Source of the DNA: the human T2T-CHM13v2.0 reference genome, Homo sapiens
Length of the DNA stretch: 64,000 nt
Direction: 5' to 3' (one strand)
Assembly (NCBI RefSeq): GCF_009914755.1
Contig: NC_060925.1
The stretch's first letter is position 1. Each line of letters opens with the position of its first letter. Under the pieces are notes generated by a model. The model did not search any database. It saw nothing but the letters and a program-made list of their open reading frames with translations, and was not told the origin of the DNA. The translations under genes and the position numbers were made by a program. Of this stretch, positions 1 through 14,400 are shown piece after piece.

Positions 1-39
1 ATAAAAGAAGTTGGAAAGTAGAAGAAGAGAGAAGAGGAA

Positions 40-468
40 CTGTGATAGATTAAATTATTGTTCCCAATTATTCACTGTTCTCCCTGAAAGAGGATTTCAC
101 ACCCCCACCCGATGCCATATGGCTTGCCTGCCCTTGTAGGAGAATACTTCCTCCCCTGTCCACTGATACCCGGTTTGGCCACGTGACTCGCTTTGGCCAA
201 TTGAATGTGAGTGGAAATGACATATTCCATGCCGAACAGACACGTTAAGAGGTGGTGTGAAGTTCTGACATTGTTCTTTTCCCTGTCTCCTGAAAATGGC
301 AGGTCTCAGATGGGGGATGCCCTTCAACTAGTTCCCAGAATAAACAGCACATCAGAAGCAGGCCATGGCATGGCATGTGAATCAGAAATAAGCCTGAGTT
401 GCTGAGATTTTGTGGTTGTTGGTCTTGTTATTGTCCCAGCATGACATATGCAAAGCTGACTAACAGCA
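40..468 (+). mobile_element. MLT1-type (ERVL-MaLR) solo LTR
   Basis: Starts TGTGATAG. Contains the MLT1-like core ggccacgtgactcgctttggccaat and a terminal agaaataagcc...gctgactaaca. Confidence 0.65.
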
Positions 469-829
469 GATGGTAGGGTAGAGGCATGAATACCCCAATC
501 ATATAAAACGGGAGTCAAGAGATGCTGTCTGTAGTTAATAGACCAAGAAATAAAAGTCACCAAGGTGACCAATAGATGAACTGAAATAGTTGATGTGTTG
601 GGACAGTGGGATGAGAGTGAACTGCTGGAATCATCTGGAAACAAGAGTAAAAGTGCGCTGAGGGGTGATATAAGCAAGCTGGCTTGTGTGTATTACAGCA
701 GAAAGTGGATAGGTAATGTCTAAATTTGATAAAACATGAAAAAGCAATATAAGTGTACTCTTTGGAGACTGGGGAAGCATCAGAATTCCCAGTCTTTCTG
801 GCATCATCAATTTTCCTGTCTACTGGCTC

Positions 830-1935
830 ATTCCCAGCAGCACACATCCATGCTGAAATTGTCTATCTTCTAAAAATAGCCTCTCCTGATCCATTATCCC
901 CTCTGACCTGTGCCCATTTCTTTGCTCCCTTTCACCGCAAAATTCCCTGAAAGAGCTGTCTGTATTTGCTATCTCCAATTCCTCCTCTCTCATTTTCTAG
1001 TGAACTCACTTTAATCATGTTTTTGCCTCCATCACTCACTTACACTGCACTTGTCAGGGTCGCCAGTCTCCTCCAGGTTGCTAAATCCAGTGGCCGGTTC
1101 TCTGTCTTCCTCTTCCTGGACCTATCAGCAGCACCGGCCATAGGGGCTCACTCCCTCCTCCTGAAATGCTTTCTTTACTTGGCTTCTACAGCACTACTCC
1201 CTCCTAGTTTTCTTTTTACCTCAAGGCTCTTTGCTTCCTTTGCCTCTCTTGACAACCTCTAAACTTTAGAGCTCCCCAGGGCACTTGGTCTTCTTGACCC
1301 TGATCTTCTCTTTTCTGCCTGTATTCACTCCCGCAGTGATCTTGCCCAGCCTCTGGGCTTTCAATCGCATTTTTATGATGATGACTCCCCAGTTTAGATC
1401 CCCAGCTCAGGCCTCTTCCCTGAACTCTTGAGTCATATATCCAACTGCCTTCTCAGTGTCTCCACTTGGAAACCAAAAGGCATCCTAGACATAACGCATC
1501 CAAAACCAAACTCCTGGTCTTCTTCCCCAGACCTGCTTCTCCCTCCTCTTTCCCCATCTCAGCAAATGGCGGCCTCCCAGTGGCTCAGGCCAAAAACTGA
1601 GACTCAACTTTGACTCTTTTTTCTTTTTAACCCCATGCCCAATCTGTTAGGAAGTCCTCTTGGTCTGCTTTCCAAGCCTGATCAGTATCTGACCACTTCT
1701 TACCACTCTCTGATTCAAGCCTCCACGTTCTCCTGTATTACTGCAGTAGCTTCCTACATGGTCTGCTTGTCCGTACTCATGTCCCTTAGAGTCTGTCCAC
1801 AAGATGGCAACCAGAGTGCTACTTTTTAAACACGAGTGAGTCGGATTGTGTCACTTTTGAGCTCAAAACTTTCTAATGGCTCCCATGTCACTCAAAGTAA
1901 AAGCTCGAGTCCTTATAATGACCTGTAAGGACCTA
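830..1935 (+). mobile_element. L2 LINE fragment (degenerate RT region)
   Basis: L2-like gttgctaaatccagtggc...ctggacctatcagcagca. ORF 966..1262 retains FLDLSAA, a remnant of the L2 RT motif LLDLSAAFD. Confidence 0.75.
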
Positions 1936-1937
1936 AG

Positions 1938-2205
1938 CCAGAACTTTCCAACAGAAATATAAGTCACATAGAGAATTTAAAATTTTTCTAGTACATACCT
2001 ATATCATAAAAAGTAAAAAGGAATAGGTGAAGTTAACCTTAATAATACGTTTCATTTAACCCGATATATTCAAAATATTATCAACATATAATCAATATGA
2101 ACATTATTCATAAGATATATTTTCTTTTTTGCATAGTAAGTTTTCAAATCCGGCGTATATTTTACACTTATAGCACATCTCAATTTGGACCTGTCCCATT
2201 TCAAG
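1938..2205. mobile_element. MER3/MER33-like hAT-Charlie DNA transposon remnant
   Basis: AT-rich agaaatataagtcacata...catttaacccgatatattcaaaatatt...cacatctcaatttggac. Confidence 0.6.
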
Positions 2206-2719
2206 GGTAATTTGAAGTGGATGTGTTAACAGCATCCAAATTCCTTCTGAGAAATGGCAAGGGACCCAGCTGCCATGGGAGTGGTCAGTTAACGATGATA
2301 CAGAGGAAGTTTGTGTCTCAATAAAGTGTAGATAGCTTGCTAAGCAGAGGAGGGCTTCCTTCTGAGTGCCTTCAGCAGCATTTCACTCTTAACATGCTCC
2401 TACTGTGTGCCAGGTCTATGCTAAGAGCTGAGGCACAAAGTCAAAGAAGATGTGGTCCCTGCCCTCAAGAAGCTGACAGTCTAATGGGAAGGCAGGCACT
2501 AATGAATACAGACAGTAGTGTGTGCTTTAATGGAGGAAAGGATGGGCCACCGGGGCCCATTTCATCCAGTCTGCAGTGGTTAGGCAATGCTTTCCTGGCA
2601 AACTTGGCCATCGGGGAGATGAGCAACAGGCTAAACAGAATGACCTGGATGGTCTAAATTAAGTGCCGTTTCGAGTTCAACATTAGGTTCATGATGCCAC
2701 AAAGCATCATGAAAAGGGA

Positions 2720-2925
2720 GATGAACTAGAAGCCAGGAGGTTTCAGACCTAATTCTGGCTCCTCAGTAGCATGGAACCTTGAGCAGGTCACTTAGCCTCT
2801 CTGAGCCTCAGTCTTCTCACTTGTAAAATGAAAATAATAATCTCCGCTTGGGCATCTGACAAAGTCATGATGCCCTGTTAACTGTAAAGCACTCCACAGT
2901 CAGAACAGGTTATTGTTACCAATTA
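2720..2925 (+). mobile_element. MIR SINE
   Basis: MIR core ccttgagcaggtcacttagcctctctgagcctcagtcttctcacttgtaaaatg. Confidence 0.75.
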
Positions 2926-2946
2926 ATATTAGCAAAATCCCCTTTG

Positions 2947-4426
2947 CACTTTTAAATTGTAAATTGACAATTTCTAATTATATAAATTTGTGGGGTACAA
3001 AGTGATGCTATAATTTATGAATACAATGTGGAATAATTACATCAAGCTAGTTAATGTATCCATCATCTCAAATACTTAACACTTTTTGTGGTGAGGACAT
3101 TTGAAGTTTACTCCCTTAGCAACTTTGAAATGTACGATACTCTATTATTAACTATATTTACCACACTGTGCAATAGAACTCAAAAAAGGGAAAAAATCTT
3201 ACTTCTCCCATGATTTTGTACCTTTTGACCACCATCTCTCCATTTCCCTCGCCCACCTCAGTGCCTGGCAACTACCATTCGACTCTGTTCTTCTATGACT
3301 TTGATTCTTTTAGATTCCACATGTGAGAACATGCAGTATTTGTCTTTCTGTGCCTGACTTATTTCACTTAGCAATAATGTTTTTCAGTTCCATTCATGTT
3401 GTTGCAAATGATAGACTTTCCTTTTTTAAGGCTGAATATTTATATACCGCCTTTTAAGGCATATATACCCCCTTTTCTTTATCCATTCATCTGCTGATGG
3501 ACACTTAGGTTGATTCCATAACTTAACTATTGTGAATAGTGCTATAGTAAACATGGGGTGCAGACATTTCTTGGATAAACACATTTCAAATTTTTTGGGT
3601 AAATACCCAGAAGTAGGATTGTGGGTCATATGGTCATTCTATTTTTAGCTTTTTGAGCCATCTCCATACTATTTTCCATAATGGTCCTATAATTCGCATT
3701 CTCACCAACAGTGTACAAGGGTTCCCCTTTTCTCCACGTCCTCACCAACACTTGTTATCTTTCATCTTTTTAATAAAAGCCATTCTGACATGTCCAAGAA
3801 GAGAAAATTATAGGCCCATATCCTTAATGAACATAGATGCAAAAATCCTCAACAAAATACTGGTGAACCAAATTCCACAGTGCATTAAAAGGATCATCCA
3901 CCATGATTAAGATTTATCCCTAGGATGCCAGAATGGTTCAACATATGCAAATCAATAAATGTGATACATCACATTAACAGAATAAAGGACAAAAACCATA
4001 TGATCATCTCATTAGATTCTGAAAAAGCATTTGACAAAATTCAACATCCTTTCATGATAAAAAATCTCACCAAAGTTAGGTGTAGAAAGGTCGTACCTTA
4101 ACACAATAAAGGCCATATATGAGAAGCCCACAGCTAACGTTATACTCAACGTGAAAAGTTGAAAGCCTTTCCTCTAAGATCTGGAACAGGACAAGGATGC
4201 CCACTTTTGCCACTTCTATTCAACATAATGGAAGTCCTTGCCAGAGCAATTGGGCAAGAGAAGGAAAGAAAAGGCATCCAAATAGGAAAGGAAGAAGTGA
4301 AATTGTCATTGCTGATGACATAATCCTATATATAGAAAACCTTACAGACTCCACCAAAAAACTGTTAGAATATGTTAGAGTATAATACAATTAAGTTGTG
4401 CAATACAAAATCAACACACAAAAATC
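2947..4426 (-). mobile_element. 5'-inverted L1 (L1MA-like): 3' end on the - strand (~2947-3790), ORF2 fragment on the + strand (~3794-4426)
   Basis: Minus-strand ORF 3426..3629 resembles the L1 ORF2 C-terminus (MFTIALFTIVKLWNQPKCPS). The plus-strand [20 protein letters not shown] is ORF2 RT. The flanking direct repeat ATTAGCAAAATCCCCTTTG is at 2928-2946 and 4427-4445. Confidence 0.88.
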
Positions 4427-5803
4427 ATTAGCAAAATCCCCTTTGTTCCCAGGATCATTCCTGGGGTATTTCTCTGAGTGGCAACTGGGGGTGGACAGGG
4501 TGACTAACAAGCACTTCCACCTTTTTTCAGTAGCTCAATTCCATGCAGCACATGGAGCTGAGACCTAGGAATTCCCACTGGGCACCCAACCAGACCTCCC
4601 ACACGTGACGTGCTGGCTTGAAGGGGAAGGGCACACGTTCTCCAGGGCTTAGTTCAACACACCAACTGGAAGCTTTCTCCACTGTACTCCCCAAACCCTG
4701 GGCCTGTGCGAGGGATGCGTCTCTGAGGCTAACTTTACAGTTTGGTAAAAGGCTGTGGGGAACATCAAAGTGTGGACTGAATGTGTGTGTGGGTGGGTGG
4801 ATGTGCACCTGTGTGTTTGTGTGCACAAATGTTCCATAGACTTTACCTATAGTTATTTTACAATAAAAATTAGAGCATCGTTAATTTCTAGGTCTGGGTT
4901 TGAAAATCTCTGTGTCCATATACCTTTGAGGCACATACTTGGTGGTGGTTTATAGCACACTTGAAGCCCCACAATCTGGGGCAGGGTAGGGTAGCAGGTG
5001 TGTCTTCGGCATGGGAACTTCCCAGTGAGAACTGGGTGCTGGGTTTCATTGGCCCAGGCCCAGCACATACTAGAAATGACATTCCTAGGGGAAAGCGGAG
5101 GCAATGGGAAGGAGACCATATTTTCCTAATCAAAAGGTAGGACACGGGGATTCACCATGCATTTATTTTATGACAGACCATAAATTACATTGATGAAGTA
5201 ACTTTTCTTGAAAATAGTAAAATGAGATAAGGCCAGGACTGCCCTTGAACCTGGAATTTGTAGGGGCCATGGCCAGAGCCCCCTGTTGAGCAGAGCACTC
5301 AGTCCAGCTCTGGTCTCTGTTGTGTGAGAAGTTTGACCCTGAGGCCAAGAGCAATTTGCTGTTTGTGGAGAAGAGCCTGCCTTGAAACCTCAACAATGAA
5401 AATGGTTCAACTTTCCAAGGGCCAAAGAACTTTAGGGCGGCTGCAACCCCTTCAATTTACGGACAAGGGAAGAAAGGAGGCCTCCTACCACGTCGAAGGC
5501 TCTGACCCACAATTTCACCATCAGTTACCCTGGCTTCGGGGCCTCCCTGCCTGTCACAGTGCCTGGCTTGTCCTGGAGGGTTAATTCATATTTGTCCAGT
5601 TAACTGAACACACCGCTGTTAATGAAGACCTGGTGAGGACTGCGGAGGACAACTGCACAGCCACATGACCTGTCAGTGACCACATCAATCAATGCCTGCC
5701 ACCAGGACCCTCTCCTCACTGCTCCACCCTTGTCCCTCCAGAACAATGTTATTGAGATGTGTTTACATACTACACAAGTCACTCTTTCAAAGTGTATGAT
5801 TCA

Positions 5804-6353
<550 letters not shown>

Positions 6354-7989
6354 TCACTACTTGACCACTGTTCTTCCAGAACCTTGGAAGTTTAATGTGA
6401 CAGGAACACCTTAATCCAGGTGCTCTTGGGGAAGGGTGATCGTTTGGGAACCTTTTTGCCGTTGCTGTCTCCAAGTTCTGCCAGTGCAGGAATCCACGTC
6501 TCAGAAGACAAAGCTCACATCAGTGTTGCTGGTTGGCAAGACGCGAGCAGCCTCCAGGCTATGGAACATTGTTTCGATGATTGTCATCTTCTATTTTCTG
6601 TTTCATTTGAAAAAGAAGCATGTCACCGAGCAGAAAACATTCTCAATGAAAATGGAATAGCACAGAGACAGTGGCACAGGTTGAAATGTGGGGCATGTGT
6701 GTGATGGAGTGAGTCACTCTCTCTGGGATGGATAAGTTGTGGCCCTGGTTGGGGATGTTGCATTGGTTTCAGAAGTGTCACTCTTAGGCCAAGCTGCAGA
6801 AGGGAGCGCCGACAGCAGATCAAATGGAAGTGGGTCCCCTGGGTCACATCTCAGAATGGCTGTGGTATAATGCTCCCATTTTGATTTTCTCTGTTAGCAG
6901 ACTAAGCACATTTCTATTCATGTCTCAGCTCTGATCATTAGATTCTCCTCCCCTGAAATTTTTCAGGAGCTCTCCATTGTCCACTGAACCAAGTTCACAT
7001 TCCACATTGGACCCACGAGGGTCCAGCGAGCTTTACCCATTCTTTCCCTCGCTTTATGTAGGCCTTTATTTGGGAGCATCGTTGCTCCTGCTATACCCTC
7101 TTCCTGGTACACCTTCCTCCATCATCACTGTCTAACTCCTAACCAGCCTTCAAGACCCAACTCAAATGCCCTCTTCCGAAAGCCTTTCCTGACCATGCCA
7201 GTGAGGTGGGCTCTTCCTTCCTCAGAATGGTCAGGTCATGTAGGACGTTCCTCTTGCTCTCCTTGAGATTCTGGTTCTTTGGTTGTCTTAATCCTTCTAT
7301 GGGAAATCGTCTCCTTGAGGGTAGGGGCTGTGCTTTACTTATCTTCTATTTCCAATCGCAACTAGCACCTTTGTAGTAGGTGTTTGCTGAAGTGAAGGTA
7401 TGTTTGCATATTAACTACTGGTAGGAAAGGTGGAATCAAGAGCAGGTCCTTGTTCTTTTAACCTAGTGGACCCTTCCCCAGGAGACACAGGCTTTCCTGT
7501 CACTTCTTGGCCTTCCTAGCTCAGAGTTCTCAGGGCTGCATGCAGAATGAGGGCAGATGTGTTGTCCTGCAGCGTGTGTGTCTCTGAGGAGTCCTTGGTC
7601 CCCGACCACTCAGGGAGGAACTGGAACAGAGGAGAGTTGTTGCTAGGACAGATGGCCTGGTCTGTGGGGGACTTGTTGGAGCAGTTATGATGTTACTGAG
7701 AAGAGCGGGGCCACCAACTCTAATTACCCTGTGAACTTTCCAGTTGTGTAGCTAACCACTGATGAGTGTCAGAGGAGTGGTGGAAGGGATCAATCTTAGT
7801 AAACCTTGTTAATAAAGATTGGTTTGGTCAATAACCATCAAATCTAAGTCTAAGGGGAAGTTGGATGAGGAGCAGGATATTTATTTGCATGATTGTAAAG
7901 TGTCTACCCTTGGAATGCTTCTAACTTACACAGGGAACATGAGAGAGTGCAGGAACCAGATAGCATCTTGACTGAGTGAACGCAATTAA

Positions 7990-9280
7990 CATCATCTGAA
8001 TCCTGAAAAATTGCTAGGTGAAAGAACTCAGTCACAAAAGGCCATGCATTGTGTGATTCCACTGATATGAAATTTCCACAGTGGGCAAATCTGTAGAGAC
8101 AGTATGTCGGGTGGGGGGTGAGGTTGGGGGGAAGTGGGGAGTGACCATTAATGGGTATGAGCTTTCTTTTGGGGGTGATGAAAATGTTCTAAATGTTCTA
8201 AAATTGATTGTGGTGATGGTTCCACAAAGCTGTGAATATACTAAAAGCCACTGAATTATTCAGTGGGTGAATTTTGTGATATGAACATTGCATCTCTGGC
8301 CTGGTGCAGTGGCTCACTTCTGTAATCCTAGCACAGTGGGAGGCCGAGGTGGGTGGATCACCTGAGGTCAGGAGTTTGAGACTGGCCTGGCCAGCGTGAT
8401 GAAACCCCGTCTCTACTAAAAATACAAAAATTAGCCAGGTGTGGTGGTGCATGCCTGCAGTCTCAGTTACTCGGGAGGCTGATGCAGGAGAATCACTTGA
8501 ACCCAGGAGGCATAGGTTGCAGTGAGCCGAGATTGTGCCACTGCACGCCCTCTCGAGCCTGGGCGACAGAGCAAGACTCCTTCTGAAAAAAAAAAAAAAA
8601 GAAAAGAAAATTGTATCTCAATAAAGCTGTTAAAAATTAACATCATCAACAAGGGACCGACATCATGTACCTCCTGATATGATATCCTGAGAGGAACACA
8701 ATAGCACTTTTGTAGTCTTCTAGCCAGGGGTTCATAAACTGGATCTGCTCATGGGGAAACATCAGACAAACCCAAATTGAGGGGTGTTCTACAAGGTACC
8801 TGGCCTGTATTCTTCAAAAGCATCATTGTCATAAAATATTAAGGGAGTCTAAAACACATGACAGCTGTATACAAAACGTAATCTTGAATTACATCCTGTA
8901 CTGGAAGAAAAGAGAATCACAATAGGACATTATTGAGACAATTGACAAAAATTAGAATACAGATTGCAGATTAGATGAAATATTGTATCAATATTTAGCT
9001 TCCTAAGTTTAACTGTGCTATGAATATATAAGAGAATATCTTTGTTCTTTGGAAACACATTGAAATATAAAGAAATAAAGAGCCATGATGTCGGCAGCTT
9101 ATTCACAAATGGTTCAGAAAGAAACAAATAAGAATGTGGAGAGAAAGAGAATGGCAAGACAAATGGAGTGAAATGTTAAAAGTTGGGAATCTGGGTAAAG
9201 CGTAGACCAGAATTCTTTGCATTATTTTTGCAACTTTTCTGCCAGTTTGATACTATTTTAAAATAAAAAGTTAAAATATT
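7990..9280 (+). mobile_element. Old L1M (L1MB/MC/ME-like) 3' fragments, interrupted by an Alu
   Basis: gatgaaaatgttctaaa...gattgtggtgatggt and ttgcaacttttctgccagtttg are typical L1M 3' UTR motifs. Confidence 0.65.
8298..8610 (+). mobile_element. AluS
   Basis: Full dimer with A tail. Confidence 0.9.
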
Positions 9281-11059
9281 TGGCAAAAAGCCAAACACAC
9301 TCATACGGTTCAGACATAGTGATTGCACCTAAATCCAAACTACTGTACTCTAAGCCAGTCACATCCTCTCTCTTATCACTTCCATAAGGTCTACCAGCCA
9401 TAAGTAAGTCAGGGGCTATCTGGGGACCACAGGAAAAAAGTCAGGGCACAAGGTGGCATTGATTTGCAAGGCCCAGGCCCCCAAAGGAGATTTTTCCAGA
9501 GATCCTTACTATTAAAACCCTAAGGGCACACAAAAGTTTATTGCAGCCATTTGGGAGTATGAGGTGTTTTTCTGCTCCATCAGCATAGGCTTGATGAACT
9601 AACTCAGTTAAAGTGAGTTCCAGGAGGCCGGGGTCATTGTGCACACCCAATTCCCTTCAGTGGCCCATGGATCTGAGCAGGCTGCCTTTGCAGGATTCCT
9701 TTGGGGCTGATCAGGAATCTGAATGCTTCAGCCAGAGCAGATCCCAATGCTGCAGAGCTATTTTGGAGAAGTCTTCATTTTCTTCGTTATTCCTCTTTTT
9801 GACTTAGCATGGAGTCCAGAAGTTGTCCATGGACCTCAAAGAAACACCTCAAATCAACAACCAGTGACTTTGCCATGCCGAGAGGGCATGAGAGAACTGC
9901 CCCTTTGCCTTGGCTGCTCTGAGAGGTCATGTGGGTTGAACGTGCAAGTGGAATCCTTCCAGGAATTGCCCTGTGGCCTGACTCAGAAGGGAAAAAAGTA
10001 AACATTACCATCTTAGGCCCAAATAGCTGGGGTTCTGAGGCTCAAGGCAGAAAGGGTGGTGAGCTCTGATGCACCCTCACTCACAGGTCAGGCTTGGCCA
10101 AAAGGCTCGGGTGGTCTTGCGTCCGACTGCCCATGGCTGAACTCTGAGGCTGATACATCCTGAGCACAAGGCCCTCAGTGCTTGGGAATTGATTGGGGCT
10201 AAAGGGAAAGAAAACTCAGGAAAGTCTTGAGTCTGGCGAGATACCCAATTACTTGGGCCCACTCTTGGGTGAGCCCACTGTGTGGTTTATTTTTCCTTTT
10301 AGTTTCCCTTCTGAGCCCAATACATCTCATGCCCAGGATGTTCTAGATCTCTCTGTGTGAGTTTCCCTGAGGACTTAGGAGCTAGGTTACCCTGTTTCAA
10401 GATGTCGGTCCTCAGGAAATGCTTGGAGGTCAAGCAAAGCACTTCTTGAAGGAGGACTTAGGGAAGGGAGTGGGTGAGTGGCTTTGTCTCCCAGGCCTAT
10501 TTCCATCTCATTGTTTCTTATTCTTCATGGGGTTCCCTTCCCAGCATCATGGGAGCGGACTGCCACCAATCATGGGGGGAAAAGAGTGTGATTCTTAACA
10601 TGCATCTGAAGACAGTCAGCAATGGCTGGGGTTGGTGGTTGGGTGATGGGTAGAACGTGCATTGGAACCAGGCATCTACTCTTGGATTATCTGGTCTACC
10701 TGCCACTCTAATTTTGAGTTTTCTAACTTAGCATGTGGGTTACTCTTATCTCTTTGATTATACCTTTTTTGTGTGACTTCCTCTAGTGGAGGGCCCACTG
10801 CAGGGCACCCAGTAGAATCCCAGCCCTACTTGCTGGGTGATAATGAGCTGGGAAACGTGCCCCTTTCTCAAGGAGAGTGTGGCTTCTGCTGGCTGAGATC
10901 TGGAATCCTGGCTTCTCATTCCAGCTCATCCTGTTGATGGGAGCCTCAGCGCTTAGCCTGATGCATCTCATGCATTCCGGTTCTGAATGACTAAGAAGCC
11001 TTGCCCTAGCAGAGGTGGGCAGGGGAGGAGGCTTGACAGGTAGGCCAGTGGCTCCCACT

Positions 11060-11470
11060 CCCCTGCCCTCCCCCATGCATTTTCTGCTCTTCCCTATCCT
11101 GCTCTGGACCCGAGGAGGCCGACCTCTACGGCCTGCATCACCAGTCCCCTTGCCCTCGAGCTTCCAGGTGTCTTAGCCAATGGGAGGCACTGGTAGGCAT
11201 GGAGGAAAGGAGGGAGAGTTTGGGGTATTGGTTTCCCATTCCCTCCAACTTCCTGTCTATGACCACGAATTCCATTCTACAGCCCCCTTCTACTACCCCA
11301 GCCCTCTCCGCCCAACAACAGCCTTCCCTCTCCCTGCCCCTCAGGCCCAAGGGTGGGAGTGGCCTCCTGCTGTTGCTGGGTACCAGCATTTCAGCCTCCC
11401 ATCCTGCCCAGACCTCTGTGTATAGTTCCTTCATGAAGACCCTGGGGGTGGGAGCCTTTGCTTCCTGCTG
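11060..11470 (-). mobile_element. LTR33/LTR16-like ERVL LTR remnant
   Basis: cccttgccctcgagcttccaggtgtcttagccaatgggaggcactgg...ggggtattggtttcccattccctcc resembles the LTR33 consensus. Confidence 0.5.
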
Positions 11471-14400
11471 GGACCCCCTGGTCACACAGAGATGTTTGTT
11501 TTTAGCACCCCTGACTAGACTGTGGGGTCCTGAACCACCAGCCTTGGCATACTACTGCTCCCCCACCGTCACTTCTCATCCCACCCACCTCCACCTGGTT
11601 TTCCTAAAGATGTTGGTTTCTAACACAGTCTTCCTCCTAGAAGCTCTGAAACAGCCAGTACATGGAGCCAGGGCTTCCTGCCGTCTGAAAAGTGTGGGTG
11701 TCCAGCTTGCAAATGGCTCTGGTGCTCAGGAGATGCCTCAGCTGGGGGAGGGGTGGAGACTTGAGAAGGTGCTAGGCGTGACTCCCTGCCCGGCTCCTGC
11801 CTGGGTAGTTCTGCATACCCCCCATCCTCCCGTCTCTCGCCCACGCTTGGCTCAGAGATCTCTGGGCTGCACCTCCTGCCCAGAGGATTCCCCAGCAGCA
11901 GAATCCTGGTTCTGCCTGCTCTCCTCCCAAGAAACCCAGATGGCTGGAAGCATCGCTGCCTTCCCGGAATGTCATCTCCCTCTTTCACCTGGAGCCTTCA
12001 TTTTGGAAGGTGCAACAGCTGCCCAGCCCATTGCTTGTGCCTGGGCTTACCAGCGATTCCTCCTTACTCTTTCTGTGATAAACAGAAGATATTGAAAGCA
12101 AATCGCTACTCAGTCCAGGGTACTCCCCTCTCCCTAGGACCTACCGTTTTGCATTTTTGTCCCCCACCACCCTTTCTTCTGTTCCTCTTCCCTTGGAGAA
12201 TGACACTTGCTTAGGAATGGAATCCTCAGTTGCGTGGTTTGATTTCTCTTCCTCCACTCACAGAAAGAACCTCCACTGTTTGAAATGTCAAAGCCCCCAA
12301 TGATTTCTTGTTATGAGAAGTCATCAAAATACGCCTATTATGTTTTAAGTCTTTACAAAAGACACCAAAAATTAGTGCATCATCTACTTGAAAGAATCCC
12401 TTTTGATAGCCATGCCAATTACATTTTTAAAAGGCATAAAGGTTCTAGTAGGGTTCTTCTGATTTTTTTCCCCCTCTTGTGTGATTTGTGTGCAGACTTC
12501 TGAGAAGCAGGTTTTATAATAGAGATTCAGCCAGGCTAAATCACAGCGGCAGAAGCTTATGCAACTGCTAAAAACCTATGAGTTAAAAATGGAATAGTCT
12601 TGCAGAGTGGGGAAGGTAATAATATCAGTGATGAGAAAATAGAAAGTAATAAATTAGTATTTCAGCAATTCAGGTCTCTTACCCACATTTTTTTTTGTAC
12701 CAGAAGGTCTTGGTGCCATTTTTCCAGAATAAATTCAAAGTGCAACCTCTTAATAGAAAAAAATCAAACTTTGCTTTCACCAATTCAACCCTCTGTCCCA
12801 ATTATTCCAGGATCAAGAGCCCTTTTAACTGACTTTTTGCCACCATGTCACAAAACACATCTTATATTTGCTGGACCTTGTATGATCAGTAATTCCTACG
12901 AAGGAACAGATTTTAGATTTTTATAAGTGGGTTTTGTTAATTTGCTATTTTAAAAATACTTGTGAGACCTTTACAGTTGCCATGGCAATATAATTTCCAT
13001 AAACATGATTTTTGTGGGGATTTTTGCACATTGAAGGCTGAGGTTGATATGCAGTGTTGGGGGGAAGGTAGGTGGTGAATTTGGCAGCAACTCCATTGCT
13101 GCTTCCCGCAAATGCTGCAAATAAGATTCCAAGAATCCATGTTAGGACAGAGACCTGGATTTCTAAACAACACACTTGACACAAAGGGCTTCTTGGAAGT
13201 AGATCTGGTTGGGGGAGAAGGAGACCAGCCTGTTCCTAGGATGAAGCCAGTAGGGTGGTGAGGCCGGGGCACCTGCTCTGCTAATCAACAGTCCTGTCCA
13301 GGCCAGATTGACCTGAAATCTCTTCCCGAGCCTTGCTTTCAAAAAGCCTTTGAAGACTGTCCGTCCTGGAGCTATCCAACGGGTGGTGACGGCCCCGCGG
13401 GCTCTTTTCTCAAACCAGATTCGTTCAAAAAGCCCATTTACCACACTACACTGCTAAAATGCTGAACATTTGCAGTGGAAAATAACGGAAAATAGAAACA
13501 CAACAATATTAGCTATTAAACAAAGTAAGGAAACATTGAATAAGAAATAGTTTTATATTCATCCTGAATGCCAGTGGTTGAGGGAAAGCAGATTTAATGA
13601 GAAGAGGTAGATGGTCCCGATGGCCCTAAACAGCATCATTTTTCTCAGTGATGCCAGACATTTGTTATGGCTCACAAACAGGGGCTTGCCAGTAAACTTT
13701 ATTTCCCAGAGAATGAGCTATATAAAGAGATCGAGGGAGGAGATGAACAGGTAAGACAGAGAATTTTCTAATAGCCAAACACACATTGGAGAAGAAATGA
13801 CAAATAAAAGCATTTAAAAGTGGAAGCGTGCCAGCGTGAGATGGATGATTCTGCCGAGGGGTCTCTAGTGAGCAGGTCACGCATTTGGCACCAGATGCTG
13901 CCTAATTGAACACCTGAACACAGCTGAGGGGCTTGAATCATATAGAATTATGAATCATAAAGAATTATGAATTACTAGAAAGCTATTGTGTTGACATTAT
14001 TATTTATGTATTGTCAGAAATGCGAACAGGGCACCCCGAGGAGGAGGTACCAGACTACCTGTCTGGCTGAGCACTGATCTCCATTCCTTGGAAGCCAAAC
14101 CTGAGACACCCGGGAGAGGTCATGTGCGTGCCCGGGAGCCTGCACACCGGCATCCCACATGTGCCTAAGACAAGTGCACATCCAGAAGTTTGCACAAATC
14201 AGAAAAACTCAGAGCACCAGCTCCACTATGCACAGTCTCACACTTCACACCAGTGGGAAAGGTCAGGAGACTGTCCATTCTGCAGGCTCTGGCAACGGCC
14301 GGCAGCTGCTGCTGATTTGTGATTTGTCAAGTGTGTTTATTGAAAAAGAAAGAGTTTGTGCTTCTAGAGTAGTGAGGTTTCGGTGGGCCTCATTCCGAGG

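Noticed and set aside
3426-4385. ORFs resembling reverse transcriptase
   Set aside because: Frameshifted, stop-ridden L1 ORF2 fragments; not an active element or a novel RT system.
11199-12095. 298-aa ORF, the longest in the window
   Set aside because: It begins inside an LTR33-like remnant, has low-complexity P/S/L/A composition and no recognisable domain, and is intronic. Most likely a chance ORF in GC-rich DNA.
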